52,271 nt of DNA from Nitrospirota bacterium (GCA_016217665.1 JACRHF010000041.1:1-52271), one strand, 5' to 3'. Positions 40,886 through 50,213 are shown, counted from the first letter of the stretch. Notes: generated from the letters alone by a model not told the origin. Numbers and translations: made by a program.

Positions 40886-43807
40886 ATGAAGGCAGTGATG
40901 AGTCGTACGCGAAGTCAGGAACTTGTCAACGGGTCGCTGGTGAGGCATTGGGCCATCTGGTCCCTGATCTGGCTTACCATCTTTCCCCTGATGGGGCTCT
41001 TGGTCTCGATCAAATTTCACGAGCCTGACTTCCTCGGAGGTATCCCGTGGCTAACCTTTGGAAGGATGCGTCCTATCCATGTGAATGGGGTCATCTTCGG
41101 TGCATTTTCTACCAGTTTTTTCGCCTTGCTCTACTACTTTGTTCCCAGACTCTGTGGGGCCCGGATGTACAAAGAGGAGTGGGGATGGTGGCTGCTGTGG
41201 CTGTGGAACGCATTTCTTATCCTGGGTTCCATCTCCTTTATGATGGGATACAACTCGGGTGTAGAGGCCGCGGAGTATCGGTGGCCGCTTAACATCCTGC
41301 GTTTTGCCGTGTTGTCTCTGATTGCAATTCAGGTCCTGGGGACCATCTTACGCAGAACAGAAAAGCGATTCTACGTGGCCATGTGGTATACCACTGCCGC
41401 CGTCATCTGGACCCTGATGAATCTGATTCTGGGTAATGTCCTGCTCCCTTATGCCCAGGCCTTCACAGGGGTCAACAGTGCGGCTATGCACGGATTGTAT
41501 ATCCATTACATTGTAGGTCTGTGGCTCACACCGGGCGGGCTGGCAATCATCTATTATTTTCTCCCCCTGAGTGCAAAGAACCCGCTTTACAGCCACCGGC
41601 TTTCCCTTCTGGGTTTCTGGTCTCTGGCCTTCTTCTACCCCTTTGTTGGAATCCACCATTATCTCTACAGCCCGATTCCAATCATGTCGCAAACGCTCTC
41701 GATCGTCACCAGCATGCTCTTGATCATCCCGGTCTGGACGGTGACAGTGAATTTCTTCGGGACGATGAAGGGCCGTTGGGGAGCTGTCCTGGGAGGAGGG
41801 GGGGGTGATAACTACGCCGCCAAGTTCTTCATGCTGGGGGCCGTGTATTACCTGCTCGGTTGTTTTCAAGGTTCCACCGAGGCCCTTCGCCGGATCCAGC
41901 AACTGACCCATTTTAATGATTTCGTGATCGGCCACTCTCACCTCACTGTCTTTGGAACCATGGTCGTGTGGGCCATCGGCGGGCTTTATTATGTGTGGCC
42001 CAGGGTTACCGGAAGGGAATTATGGAGTGACCGGTTGGCAAGCTGGCATCTATGGTTGACCATCACGGGATTTAGTGTGATGACGATCGTCCTTACGACG
42101 ATGGGATTTGTCCAGGGTTCGATGCTGGAGTACCAGGCCAATTTTGTTGATACGGTTAAAGAGATGCAGGGCTGGTGGATTGCCCGGACCCTTTCCGGGG
42201 CCGTAATGGATATCGGGTTCATCCTGATGATGATCAATTGTTACAAGACGGTGCAGAAGGGAAAGGTCTTAAAGGGTGAAGTCCCTGAGGGTCCCCTTTG
42301 GGAGGAGGAAACCCCTGTTCGCACAACAGTCAGGGGACGTTGGATGGAGACCCCCTCTACAGTCTTCCTGGCGGCAGGGTTGGGTTTCTTCTTTCTGGCT
42401 GTCTTTGTTCAGGGAATCATTCCCTGGTTGATACCTGAGACCCGCGCGACCACGGTAGCAGATTCCGTGACCAGGAAGCAGATCCAGGTGGCCGACTACA
42501 CCCCTCTCGAACTTCGGGGGAGAAGGGTCTACATCCGGGAGGGATGCTGGTACTGTCATTCTCAATATACCCGCGCGGTTACGGGAGAATCCTTCCGGTG
42601 GGGACCGGTCTCCCAGGCGGGGGAATATGTCCATGATCTCCCTCATCTTTTCGGCACCCGGCGAATCGGCCCGGATCTGACACGCGTCGGGTGTAAATAT
42701 GGAGACGATTGGCATATTGCCCATCACTGGAACCCCCGTCAGATCGTCCCGGATTCGATTATGCCCTCGTTCCCCTGGCTGTTTGAGCCTTATAGGGGGG
42801 ATGCCCCGCCGCAGATGAACGAAGATGGAAAGGCCCTGGTGGCCTATATTCAACGATTGGGAACCTCCATTGGTGATTGGCGGGAGGGATTCACTCCAAC
42901 CCGGCTCTCCTCAGGGGGAGCGCTCAATCTGGACCCGGACGAAAGGGAGGAACTGATCTCACGGGGCAAAGCGGTCTTTGAACGGCGGTGTGCCGGCTGC
43001 CACGGCAATAAAGGGGATGGAAACGGGCCGGCGGCCCGCTTTTTGGACCCTAAACCCCGGGACTTCACCCGTGGCCTATTCAAATTCCGGTCCACGCCAG
43101 GCAAGGACTCTCTCCCCACAGATGCCGATCTCTTCATCACGGTCACTCATGGCCTGTGGGGGACCGCCATGCCACCCTGGCAGGACATCCCGGAGTCTGA
43201 GCGGTTTGCCGTGATCCAGTATATCAAGACCTTCTCTGACCGTTGGCAAAAGGAACCGGTGGATATCCCCATCCCTGTTCCGATAGAGCCCCTGGTCACA
43301 AAGGCCTCGATCGAGAACGGAGAGGCCCTCTTCCACGGCAAGGCCATCTGTTTCATGTGCCATGGGCCGGCCGGAAAAGGGGACGGTCTTCTGGCCGGGG
43401 GGCTCAAAGACACATGGGGTCATCCCATACGACCGGCTGATTTCACCCTCTCGGCTGGGGTCCATGGAGGTGTCAAGCTGGGTCATGATGGAGAACACAT
43501 CTTTAAGACGGTAATGACCGGTGTAGGGGCGACCCCCATGATCCCCTTCCAGGATCAGCTCACCCCGGAACAGGTGTGGGATGTCGTTCACTATGTCCAA
43601 TCCATCCGCATCCAGGCCCATGCATCTGAGTTGATTGCTGCAGGACTGAATACAAAGGATCGTGAAGAGGCGCTGTCCCGGATCTGGGCCTCGCTATCGG
43701 ATGCCGCGGCTCATAAACGCATTGATCAGGAAGTGATACAGATGCAGCTATCCCATCTCAGGGAGAAGGGGATTCACATAGCGGAGGGGAATACCCCGGG
43801 GAGGTGA
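40886..43807 (+). CDS. ccoNOP: cbb3-type oxidase with CcoN, CcoO and a dihaem cytochrome c (CcoP-like) fused in one 973-aa polypeptide
   Basis: CcoN part: RPIHVNGVIFG, YIHYIVGLWLT, VGIHHYLYSP, VIGHSHLTVFG. CcoO part: YIREGCWYCHSQYTR...GTRRIGPDLTRVG. Two further haem sites: CAGCHGNKGDG and CFMCHGPAGKGDG. Confidence 0.85.
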   Translation: MKAVMSRTRSQELVNGSLVRHWAIWSLIWLTIFPLMGLLVSIKFHEPDFLGGIPWLTFGRMRPIHVNGVIFGAFSTSFFALLYYFVPRLCGARMYKEEWGWWLLWLWNAFLILGSISFMMGYNSGVEAAEYRWPLNILRFAVLSLIAIQVLGTILRRTEKRFYVAMWYTTAAVIWTLMNLILGNVLLPYAQAFTGVNSAAMHGLYIHYIVGLWLTPGGLAIIYYFLPLSAKNPLYSHRLSLLGFWSLAFFYPFVGIHHYLYSPIPIMSQTLSIVTSMLLIIPVWTVTVNFFGTMKGRWGAVLGGGGGDNYAAKFFMLGAVYYLLGCFQGSTEALRRIQQLTHFNDFVIGHSHLTVFGTMVVWAIGGLYYVWPRVTGRELWSDRLASWHLWLTITGFSVMTIVLTTMGFVQGSMLEYQANFVDTVKEMQGWWIARTLSGAVMDIGFILMMINCYKTVQKGKVLKGEVPEGPLWEEETPVRTTVRGRWMETPSTVFLAAGLGFFFLAVFVQGIIPWLIPETRATTVADSVTRKQIQVADYTPLELRGRRVYIREGCWYCHSQYTRAVTGESFRWGPVSQAGEYVHDLPHLFGTRRIGPDLTRVGCKYGDDWHIAHHWNPRQIVPDSIMPSFPWLFEPYRGDAPPQMNEDGKALVAYIQRLGTSIGDWREGFTPTRLSSGGALNLDPDEREELISRGKAVFERRCAGCHGNKGDGNGPAARFLDPKPRDFTRGLFKFRSTPGKDSLPTDADLFITVTHGLWGTAMPPWQDIPESERFAVIQYIKTFSDRWQKEPVDIPIPVPIEPLVTKASIENGEALFHGKAICFMCHGPAGKGDGLLAGGLKDTWGHPIRPADFTLSAGVHGGVKLGHDGEHIFKTVMTGVGATPMIPFQDQLTPEQVWDVVHYVQSIRIQAHASELIAAGLNTKDREEALSRIWASLSDAAAHKRIDQEVIQMQLSHLREKGIHIAEGNTPGR

Positions 43808-43810
43808 TCT

Positions 43811-44020
43811 ATGGATGAAGATAAGCAGAAGACTGAAGATTCTTTGCACCCGCGCAAGGCCCCGGCCGACAGGAAACAGGACCCTGAAAGGGTTTATCTT
43901 TACAGGGATGCCGGTATTCAGGTTCGGACTGGGACCATCCCACTGTGGCTCAAGATCGTGGCGATTGGTTTGATGATCTGGGGAGTCTATTACACGATCC
44001 GTTACTGGAACACACCGTAG
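43811..44020 (+). CDS. small membrane protein resembling the N-terminal anchor of CcoP (FixP_N-like)
   Basis: YRDAGIQVRTGTIPLWLKIVAIGLMIWGVYYTIRYW compares with the DGI.E.dN.LP.WW + TM pattern of FixP_N. It starts 4 nt after the ccoNOP stop. Confidence 0.55.
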   Translation: MDEDKQKTEDSLHPRKAPADRKQDPERVYLYRDAGIQVRTGTIPLWLKIVAIGLMIWGVYYTIRYWNTP

Positions 44021-44094
44021 CTTTAAACATCTCCGTTTAACTCACGATTAGCGCCGGGCTGTCCGCTGTCGGGACTTTTTACACAGCTGATTAC

Positions 44095-45492
44095 TCACCT
44101 CTTGTTTCGGAGGAGTGAGGCGAGGGAATTTACAATAAACAGGATTCCCCCGAGGATGGCTATGCCGCCGCCGATGCCTACGAGGATCATCCCTGCCATT
44201 TTTGCGGCATTGTCCAGCTGCTGTGCCGCGCCAAAGGTCTTGCGGGCCACACCATGGGCGCCTGCCCAGTAGAGGCCGAGGACAAAGAGGGCTTGACCCG
44301 TTCCATAGATATAGGGCTGAATAGCCGCGAGCCTCCGGCTATAGGTCTCCCTTTCCAACAGAGAGAGGAGATGGTTTGTCAGCCCCATGAATGCAAGGGT
44401 GACCCCTCCGATAGCGCCGTGGTAGTGGGAAGGTATCTTTGTGTTATATCCGTATATCTTAAACGATATCAGGCCCCCGAGTCCAAAGAGGATCATTGAA
44501 ATAACCAGCGAAGAGAACTCAGGCCTGTTCCAGGGGAGACCTTTGAACCTCCTTGAGGCGATAAGGGCCAGGATGGCCATGGAAAAAATAGCGGTAGAGG
44601 GTCCGAGTCCGTACTCCATAAGGCCGGTGAAGAACCGGATGTATTCAGGGCTGGAAGTATCAAAGAAGAGGTATATGAACGGTGCCGGGAGAATAAATAT
44701 CAGATAAAGCAGATAGAGCCCCTTCGAATAGCTGTCCCTCATCGGGAACTTTTTAAAGACAAGGCTTGTAAGAAAAAGCCACACGGTCATCATGGTAATG
44801 GTATTGGTAAACTGGAGCACATGCCCCCCGCCCCAGAAGAGGAGTTCCAGATTAAGCGGCATCTTTTGGGATGGCGCCACAACCTGGAAGTAGTATGACA
44901 GCCCAAAGCAGGCGGCTGCGCTGAGGCCGGCTGTCCCTGAGATCGCCATCCCGAAGGTCAGCAAGGGGAGACGGCCCTCATAGCTCTTCTCCTGCCATGC
45001 CTTCCCAATGGTTAAGAAGGTATTGATCAGGGTCAGGATGATCCCTGAGGCCAGTAACAGGAGTCCTGTATAAAAGAGGGGGTGTGTCAAGACAGGGATG
45101 TAATTGATGAACTGCGGGTCGCCTGTGCCGGAAGCCGCGGCAATAATGACAAGCAGGGCGCCGGCAACCGAGAAGAGGAGCCCGCCCCAGCCTAACGTCT
45201 TATTAAACAGTGTGGTGTTTAGAAGAACAGTGCTGGTCCATGTCCATAAGAGCCCCTCAAATGCCAGGAACCAGATGCTAAAGGATAAGGTGACATGTCC
45301 CACTAAGGCGACGCGTATATAATCCGGCCGGGGGAGGAGGCTATGGACAAAGGGGGTTCTTGCCGCGACGATCATGAATGCAAATATCCCGGCAAACATC
45401 AGTGAGGCGACGGCAAAGGTTAGCCAGCCGTAGAGCAGTTTCCGCGTACCTTCATCCAGACTGTTTTTATCAGCATTCATCCTGATCATCAT
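44095..45492 (-). CDS. heme-copper oxidase subunit-I homologue lacking two of the three CuB histidines (paralogue B)
   Basis: Colinear with 29386-30810: LLYGWL, ALVGHVTLSF, NYIPVLTHP, ELLFWGGGHVLQFTNTI, PAPFIYLFFDTSSPEY (no HH), KIPSHYHGAIGGVTLAFMG, IQPYIYG. Confidence 0.75.
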   Translation of the reverse strand: MMIRMNADKNSLDEGTRKLLYGWLTFAVASLMFAGIFAFMIVAARTPFVHSLLPRPDYIRVALVGHVTLSFSIWFLAFEGLLWTWTSTVLLNTTLFNKTLGWGGLLFSVAGALLVIIAAASGTGDPQFINYIPVLTHPLFYTGLLLLASGIILTLINTFLTIGKAWQEKSYEGRLPLLTFGMAISGTAGLSAAACFGLSYYFQVVAPSQKMPLNLELLFWGGGHVLQFTNTITMMTVWLFLTSLVFKKFPMRDSYSKGLYLLYLIFILPAPFIYLFFDTSSPEYIRFFTGLMEYGLGPSTAIFSMAILALIASRRFKGLPWNRPEFSSLVISMILFGLGGLISFKIYGYNTKIPSHYHGAIGGVTLAFMGLTNHLLSLLERETYSRRLAAIQPYIYGTGQALFVLGLYWAGAHGVARKTFGAAQQLDNAAKMAGMILVGIGGGIAILGGILFIVNSLASLLRNKR

Positions 45493-45505
45493 TGTATAAA
45501 AAAAA

Positions 45506-45518
45506 GACTTGACAAGTC
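45506..45518. promoter_or_regulatory. candidate Rrf2-type operator GACTTG-A-CAAGTC
   Basis: The GACT-N5-AGTC core, as in IscR-type Rrf2 sites, lies in the 119-bp divergent region between the HCO paralogue B and the Rrf2 gene. Confidence 0.4.
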
Positions 45519-45611
45519 AATTTAAATAGGATAAATATAGTCCTGTTTGAATCAGGATTGATTTAGTCTTGTTTCTCTTTCAGGCTGCGAACCCATGGAA
45601 AGGAGTTGTGA

Positions 45612-46067
45612 ATGTTCAGACTGAGCAGGGCCGCAGAGTATGGCGTGAGGGGGATCCTTTATCTTGCCAGCAACTATTCTGAAGACAAGGTCTCTGTGAT
45701 CGAAGAGATATCAAAGGCGCAGGATGTCCCGTTGCCTTATATGGCGAAGCTGTTTCAGACATTGGCCAGGAAGGGGTTTGTTAAGTCGTTCAAAGGGCAG
45801 AAGGGTGGGTTTGTCCTTACCAGGCATCCGAAAGAGATCAGCCTGTTGGAGGTGATAGAGGCGATGGAAGGACCTATCTTCTTAAATGTCTGTCTTTTTC
45901 ATGAGGGTTATTGTCCAAGAGATAAGGTGTGTTCTGTCCATGAGGTATGGGCAGAGGCGCAGAAAAGGCTTGTAGATTATCTAAGGGGGTGTAACTTTGC
46001 AGAGATGGCAATCTCGGCAGCAAAGAAAACAAAAGCGTTTAATCAAAAGAAAGGAGGGCCAAAATGA
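45612..46067 (+). CDS. Rrf2-family Fe-S cluster transcriptional regulator (NsrR/IscR-like)
   Basis: N-terminal wHTH (RAAEYGVRGILYLA...ISKAQDVPLPYMAKLFQTLARKGFV) and cluster ligands CLFHEGYCPRDKVCSVH. Confidence 0.85.
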   Translation: MFRLSRAAEYGVRGILYLASNYSEDKVSVIEEISKAQDVPLPYMAKLFQTLARKGFVKSFKGQKGGFVLTRHPKEISLLEVIEAMEGPIFLNVCLFHEGYCPRDKVCSVHEVWAEAQKRLVDYLRGCNFAEMAISAAKKTKAFNQKKGGPK

Positions 46068-46094
46068 ACACTCTTAACCTCAGAAAGGAGGAGA

Positions 46095-46874
46095 ATGACC
46101 ATGAACGAATATGCAGTAGAACATGAGATCTCAGGCCATGAGCCGCATTGGGAGACAAGCCCTTGGCCCCTGGTGCTGAGTATGGCAATGCTGTTCGTCT
46201 TTCCCTTTGCCTTTTCCCTCTATTTTGTATACGGCAAGCCGATCATGGCGATCCTGTCATTAGGGATCGGCATCCCATTGACAGTACTGTCTGTGGCAGG
46301 CTGGATCAGCGAAGGGGTGGGACAGACGCGGGAACCTGGTTATAGCGTCAAGGCGATGCCCTTCTTCATCGTGGCAGAGGCGTTTATCTTTGTCGCCTTT
46401 TTTGTGGGCTACTGGGTGATGCGGCTGAGCGCCTCATCCTGGCCGCCGGCCGGGACGCCGGAGATCGCGCTCACGGTTCCCATCATTATGACCATTGTCC
46501 TGGTATCCTCCAGTTTTACGATCCATCTCAGTGAGCAAAAGATGGAACATGGCGACAGGGGCGGATTCCTGATGTGGCTCATTGTCACGATCATCCTCGG
46601 CACACTCTTTCTCGGTCTCTCCATGAATGAATATTCCCATCTCTTTGCCGAAGGCTTTAATTTTAAGACCAATGCCTACAGCACAGCCTTCTTTTCCATC
46701 ACAGGCTTCCATGCCTCTCATGTATTTGTCGGGATAGCGATGTTCATCTGCATCCTGATACCGGCGCTGATGGGGAAGATGAGCAAGAGCTTTGTGAAAT
46801 CGGCATCCATGTATTGGCACTTTGTGGATATTATCTGGTTTTTTGTAGTGACTCAGGTCTATTTTTGGTCATGA
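46095..46874 (+). CDS. ctaE: A-type cytochrome c oxidase subunit III
   Basis: 7-TM protein; FFSITGFHASHVFVG and YWHFVDIIWFFV are typical of Cox3. Confidence 0.85.
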   Translation: MTMNEYAVEHEISGHEPHWETSPWPLVLSMAMLFVFPFAFSLYFVYGKPIMAILSLGIGIPLTVLSVAGWISEGVGQTREPGYSVKAMPFFIVAEAFIFVAFFVGYWVMRLSASSWPPAGTPEIALTVPIIMTIVLVSSSFTIHLSEQKMEHGDRGGFLMWLIVTIILGTLFLGLSMNEYSHLFAEGFNFKTNAYSTAFFSITGFHASHVFVGIAMFICILIPALMGKMSKSFVKSASMYWHFVDIIWFFVVTQVYFWS

Positions 46875-46900
46875 TCTGAGGAGATGTAGGGGGGAAGGGC

Positions 46901-47722
46901 GTGAGAAAGTTAGCGATCGTTATCTCCTGGATACTCCTATTAATAACTCCGCAGGCCGCATCCGCTGAGTATGGGGTCATCCCGGAATCTGCGATGGATC
47001 CCTCGGTTGTAAAAATAGATGAGGAAAAATACTTGGGTACCCGGCTCTCAGGGGACTATATCTTAATCGATGAGAGCGGGAAAGAGTTTCAACTGAGGGA
47101 TATCACAGGAAGACCTGTCATTCTTCTCCTCTCCTATTTTTCTTGCAATGGTCTTTGCCCGACGGCCAATCAGGGGTTGAAGGACGCCCTTTCAGCCCTA
47201 AACAGGCTTAAGATCGGAGAAGATTTCAGGGTACTGACGCTCTCCTTTGATAAAAAGGACGACGCCCAGAGTATCCGGATGTTTTCCGAAATGGCCGGCC
47301 TGAAAGGATGGTCTGGTAAGGGTTGGAAGGTCGCTATCCTGAAAGATGGAGAGGATATTGAAAGACTGACCAGGGACGTGGGTTTCAAATTCTTCTGGTC
47401 ATCGAGGGATAAGATGTTTCTTCACCCCAATGTCTTCATCTTCCTGTCGCCCGAGGGGAGGGTCGTGAGATACCTCTATGGCACACCCCCCAAGACAAGG
47501 GATCTGGAGCTTGCCCTCACTGAGGCGGCTGAGGGGAAGGCCGCTGGCTCAGGAATCATCGACTTTGTCAGTATGGCCTGTTATAGTTTTAACTTCAAGG
47601 AGGGGAGATATACCGTCAACATCCCCATCTTCATTGGACTCGGTTCCCTGCTGTTGGGGATCTCCTCCATCGTGGTACCCATTGTAGTCTTAAGAAGAAG
47701 AAGAAAGGAGGCAGGGTCATGA
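46901..47722 (+). CDS. SCO1/SenC copper chaperone with a C-terminal TM extension
   Basis: CNGLC motif and conserved His (FLHPN). GTG start. The C-terminal CYSFNFKEGRYTVN + TM parallels the other SCO copy. Confidence 0.8.
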   Translation: MRKLAIVISWILLLITPQAASAEYGVIPESAMDPSVVKIDEEKYLGTRLSGDYILIDESGKEFQLRDITGRPVILLLSYFSCNGLCPTANQGLKDALSALNRLKIGEDFRVLTLSFDKKDDAQSIRMFSEMAGLKGWSGKGWKVAILKDGEDIERLTRDVGFKFFWSSRDKMFLHPNVFIFLSPEGRVVRYLYGTPPKTRDLELALTEAAEGKAAGSGIIDFVSMACYSFNFKEGRYTVNIPIFIGLGSLLLGISSIVVPIVVLRRRRKEAGS

Positions 47723-48390
47723 ATGAGGCATTTGCGTACGCAGAGAGGGGGGCTCCGGGACAGATCCCGGATGTCCCAGGCGGCTGGGATCACCTTTTTG
47801 GTGAGATGTTGATTGACATCACAATCATAGGGATCCTCTTTACCGTCATAACCGTGTACCTTTTGATAAGGTACAGACGCAGAGAGCAGGGGCAGGAGGG
47901 GAACCCTCCGAGGCTCACGACAGCCGCGGCTATAGGATGGGCCATTATCCCCGCATTTATCTTTATGGCGGATGACTTTTATCTTGCGGCAGAGGGCTGG
48001 ACCCTCTTTAACGAATACAGGAGGGTGCCTGAGAATGCCTATGAGGTGAAGGTCGAGGGCTCCATGTGGAGCTGGCACTTTATATATCCGGAAGGGGTTG
48101 AGAGCTTCGGTGAATTGCGGGTCCCTGCGGGGACGCCGGTCGTGGTCCGGATGACCAGTAAGGATGTGGTGCACAGCTTCTTCATCCCGGACTTTAGGGT
48201 CAAGCAGGATATGATGCCCGGCAGGATGACCTATCTGTGGTTTTATCCCAAAGCGCCTGGCGAACACCTGATCACCTGTGCAGAGTATTGCGGTCTGATG
48301 CACTCCGGGATGAAGGGGATGATAAAGGTCGTATCGCAGGATGAGTTTAACAACTGGATCGAGACAGAGAAGAAAAACAATAATACATAG
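47719..48390 (+). CDS. ctaC: A-type cytochrome c oxidase subunit II (CuA; no fused cytochrome c)
   Basis: Two TM segments, DVVHSFFIPDF and CAEYCGLMHSGM. Confidence 0.9.
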   Translation: MNEAFAYAERGAPGQIPDVPGGWDHLFGEMLIDITIIGILFTVITVYLLIRYRRREQGQEGNPPRLTTAAAIGWAIIPAFIFMADDFYLAAEGWTLFNEYRRVPENAYEVKVEGSMWSWHFIYPEGVESFGELRVPAGTPVVVRMTSKDVVHSFFIPDFRVKQDMMPGRMTYLWFYPKAPGEHLITCAEYCGLMHSGMKGMIKVVSQDEFNNWIETEKKNNNT

Positions 48391-48405
48391 AAGGGGGGTA
48401 GAACC

Positions 48406-50025
48406 ATGTATGCAACAGAAGAAGCATTGAGGCACAAGCCAGGTTTTGGCCAGACCCTCAGGGAATGGATCTTTACAATAGATCATAAGAGGATCGGCAT
48501 CCTCTATCTGATAGGTTCACTCGCTGCCTTTGCCGTTGCAGGTCTGATGGCCCTGCTGATCAGGATAGAGCTTGGATCTCTGGGGCCGACATTAACGTCC
48601 AATCCGGGGACGTACAATGTCTGGCTCTATTTTCATGGTGCGGCCATGATCCTTGCCTTTCAAATCCCGGCGCTGACCGGTTTCTTAGCCAACTATCTGG
48701 TGCCCCTGATGATCGGCGCCAGGGACATGGCCTTTCCAAGGCTCAATGCCCTGAGCCTCTGGCTCTACTGGGCAGGGATCATCCTGGCCCTGCTCACCTT
48801 TGTCATCCCGGATCCGCCCGATGTCATGTGGACAGGTTATCCCCCCTATTCGCTCAAGACTGGGGGGAATACCGCATTCTATGTCTTTACCGTACACCTG
48901 ATGGGCTTCTCATCCATCGTCGGCGGGATCAATCTGCTGACCACGATATTTTATATGCGCGCCCCGGGACTGAAGCTGAACAAGCTGAACATCTTTGTCT
49001 GGAGCACGATGGGGGCATTTGTCTTGCAGCTGGTTTTCATCCCGGTCCTGGCTGCTGCGGTTACTACGCTCCTCTTTGACAAGTATCTTGGCACCCACTT
49101 CTACGATCCGGCAAACGGCGGGGATGTCCTCTTATATCAGAACCTCTTCTGGTTCTACTCGCATCCGGCAGTCTACGTCATCCTCCTTCCTACCATCGGG
49201 ATGATCTTCGATATCGTGGCGACCTTTGCCAAGAACCGGGTCTTTAATTATAATATGGTCGTCTATGGCGGGATCGGCGGGGTGGTCCTCATGAGCGGCG
49301 AGGTCTGGATCCACCATCTCTTTACATCCGGGATGCCGGACTGGATCAGGATCGGTATGATGATCAGCACCCTCCTGATCAGTATCCCGGTGGGTCTCCT
49401 GATGATAGGCCTCTTAGGCACCCTGTACCGGGGGGCCATTCAGTACACCACACCCATGCTCTATGCCGTCGGTTTTATATTTCTCTTCCTGATCGGGGGA
49501 CTGACAGGGATCCCCAACGCCATGACCGCCATTGACCTCTACATCCACGATACCCATTTCGTTGTGGCCCATTTTCATTATGTAATGGCCGTGGCCACTA
49601 CGTTCGCCATCTTTGGAAGCGTCTATTACCTCTTCCCCAAGATGACCGGCAGGATGTACAGTGAGACCTTAGGGAAGATCGGATTTTTTATCCTGTTTGC
49701 CGGGGTCAACATTACATTTTTCACCATGTTTATTGTTGGATTCAAGGGGATGCCGCGGAGATACTATGACTACCAGCAGTTTCCGCAATTAGAAGGGCTG
49801 CATCACATTATCACGATAGGCGCCTATATTATAGGGATCGCTGCGCTCCTGATCCTCATCTCATGGATCCATGGGTTGATTGCAGGGAAGAAGGCCCCGG
49901 ATAATCCCTGGGGATCCAAATCCTTAGAGTGGACTACCAGCACACCGCCCCCGCCGGGCAACTTCCGGGAACTGCCCATTTTAACAGAGGAGTGGCATCC
50001 CTATGGATATGGGCGGTCAAAATAG
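48406..50025 (+). CDS. ctaD: A2-type cytochrome c oxidase subunit I
   Basis: FWFYSHPAVYVILLP (the YS motif instead of the helix-VI Glu marks A2 type), HHLFTSG and HFHYVMAV. Confidence 0.92.
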   Translation: MYATEEALRHKPGFGQTLREWIFTIDHKRIGILYLIGSLAAFAVAGLMALLIRIELGSLGPTLTSNPGTYNVWLYFHGAAMILAFQIPALTGFLANYLVPLMIGARDMAFPRLNALSLWLYWAGIILALLTFVIPDPPDVMWTGYPPYSLKTGGNTAFYVFTVHLMGFSSIVGGINLLTTIFYMRAPGLKLNKLNIFVWSTMGAFVLQLVFIPVLAAAVTTLLFDKYLGTHFYDPANGGDVLLYQNLFWFYSHPAVYVILLPTIGMIFDIVATFAKNRVFNYNMVVYGGIGGVVLMSGEVWIHHLFTSGMPDWIRIGMMISTLLISIPVGLLMIGLLGTLYRGAIQYTTPMLYAVGFIFLFLIGGLTGIPNAMTAIDLYIHDTHFVVAHFHYVMAVATTFAIFGSVYYLFPKMTGRMYSETLGKIGFFILFAGVNITFFTMFIVGFKGMPRRYYDYQQFPQLEGLHHIITIGAYIIGIAALLILISWIHGLIAGKKAPDNPWGSKSLEWTTSTPPPPGNFRELPILTEEWHPYGYGRSK

Positions 50026-50049
50026 CCGTAAAGGTAATACCTCGGTGGA

Positions 50050-50213
50050 GGGGGGGACGTTTTCCCTTCGCTCCTGGCCTTCGCAGTTGACCTATCTAAG
50101 GACTCGCAGGCGGGGAAGCCTTCCAGCCTCTAACGGGCTGGCTTTCCTCCACCTGCTCGCCTTGATAGGTGCCCAACTGCTTCGGCAAGTCGCTCAGGGA
50201 AAACGTCCCCCCC
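50050..50213. repeat. 164-bp imperfect palindrome with perfect 18-bp terminal inverted repeats
   Basis: GGGGGGGACGTTTTCCCT ... AGGGAAAACGTCCCCCCC, with a central hairpin CCAGCC-TCTAACG-GGCTGG. It lies between ctaD and ctaA. Confidence 0.8.

Noticed and set aside
41348-43621. Several 180-200-aa minus-strand ORFs (41348-41941, 42269-42853, 43076-43621)
   Set aside because: All are antisense to the ccoNOP fusion ORF, which carries complete CcoN/CcoO/cytochrome c motifs. Their sequences are Arg/Pro/Gly-rich with no motifs.
47581-48486. 301-aa ORF on the minus strand
   Set aside because: It is antisense to the SCO1 end, ctaC and the ctaD start, all of which have clear motifs. It has no recognisable domain, so it is a shadow ORF.
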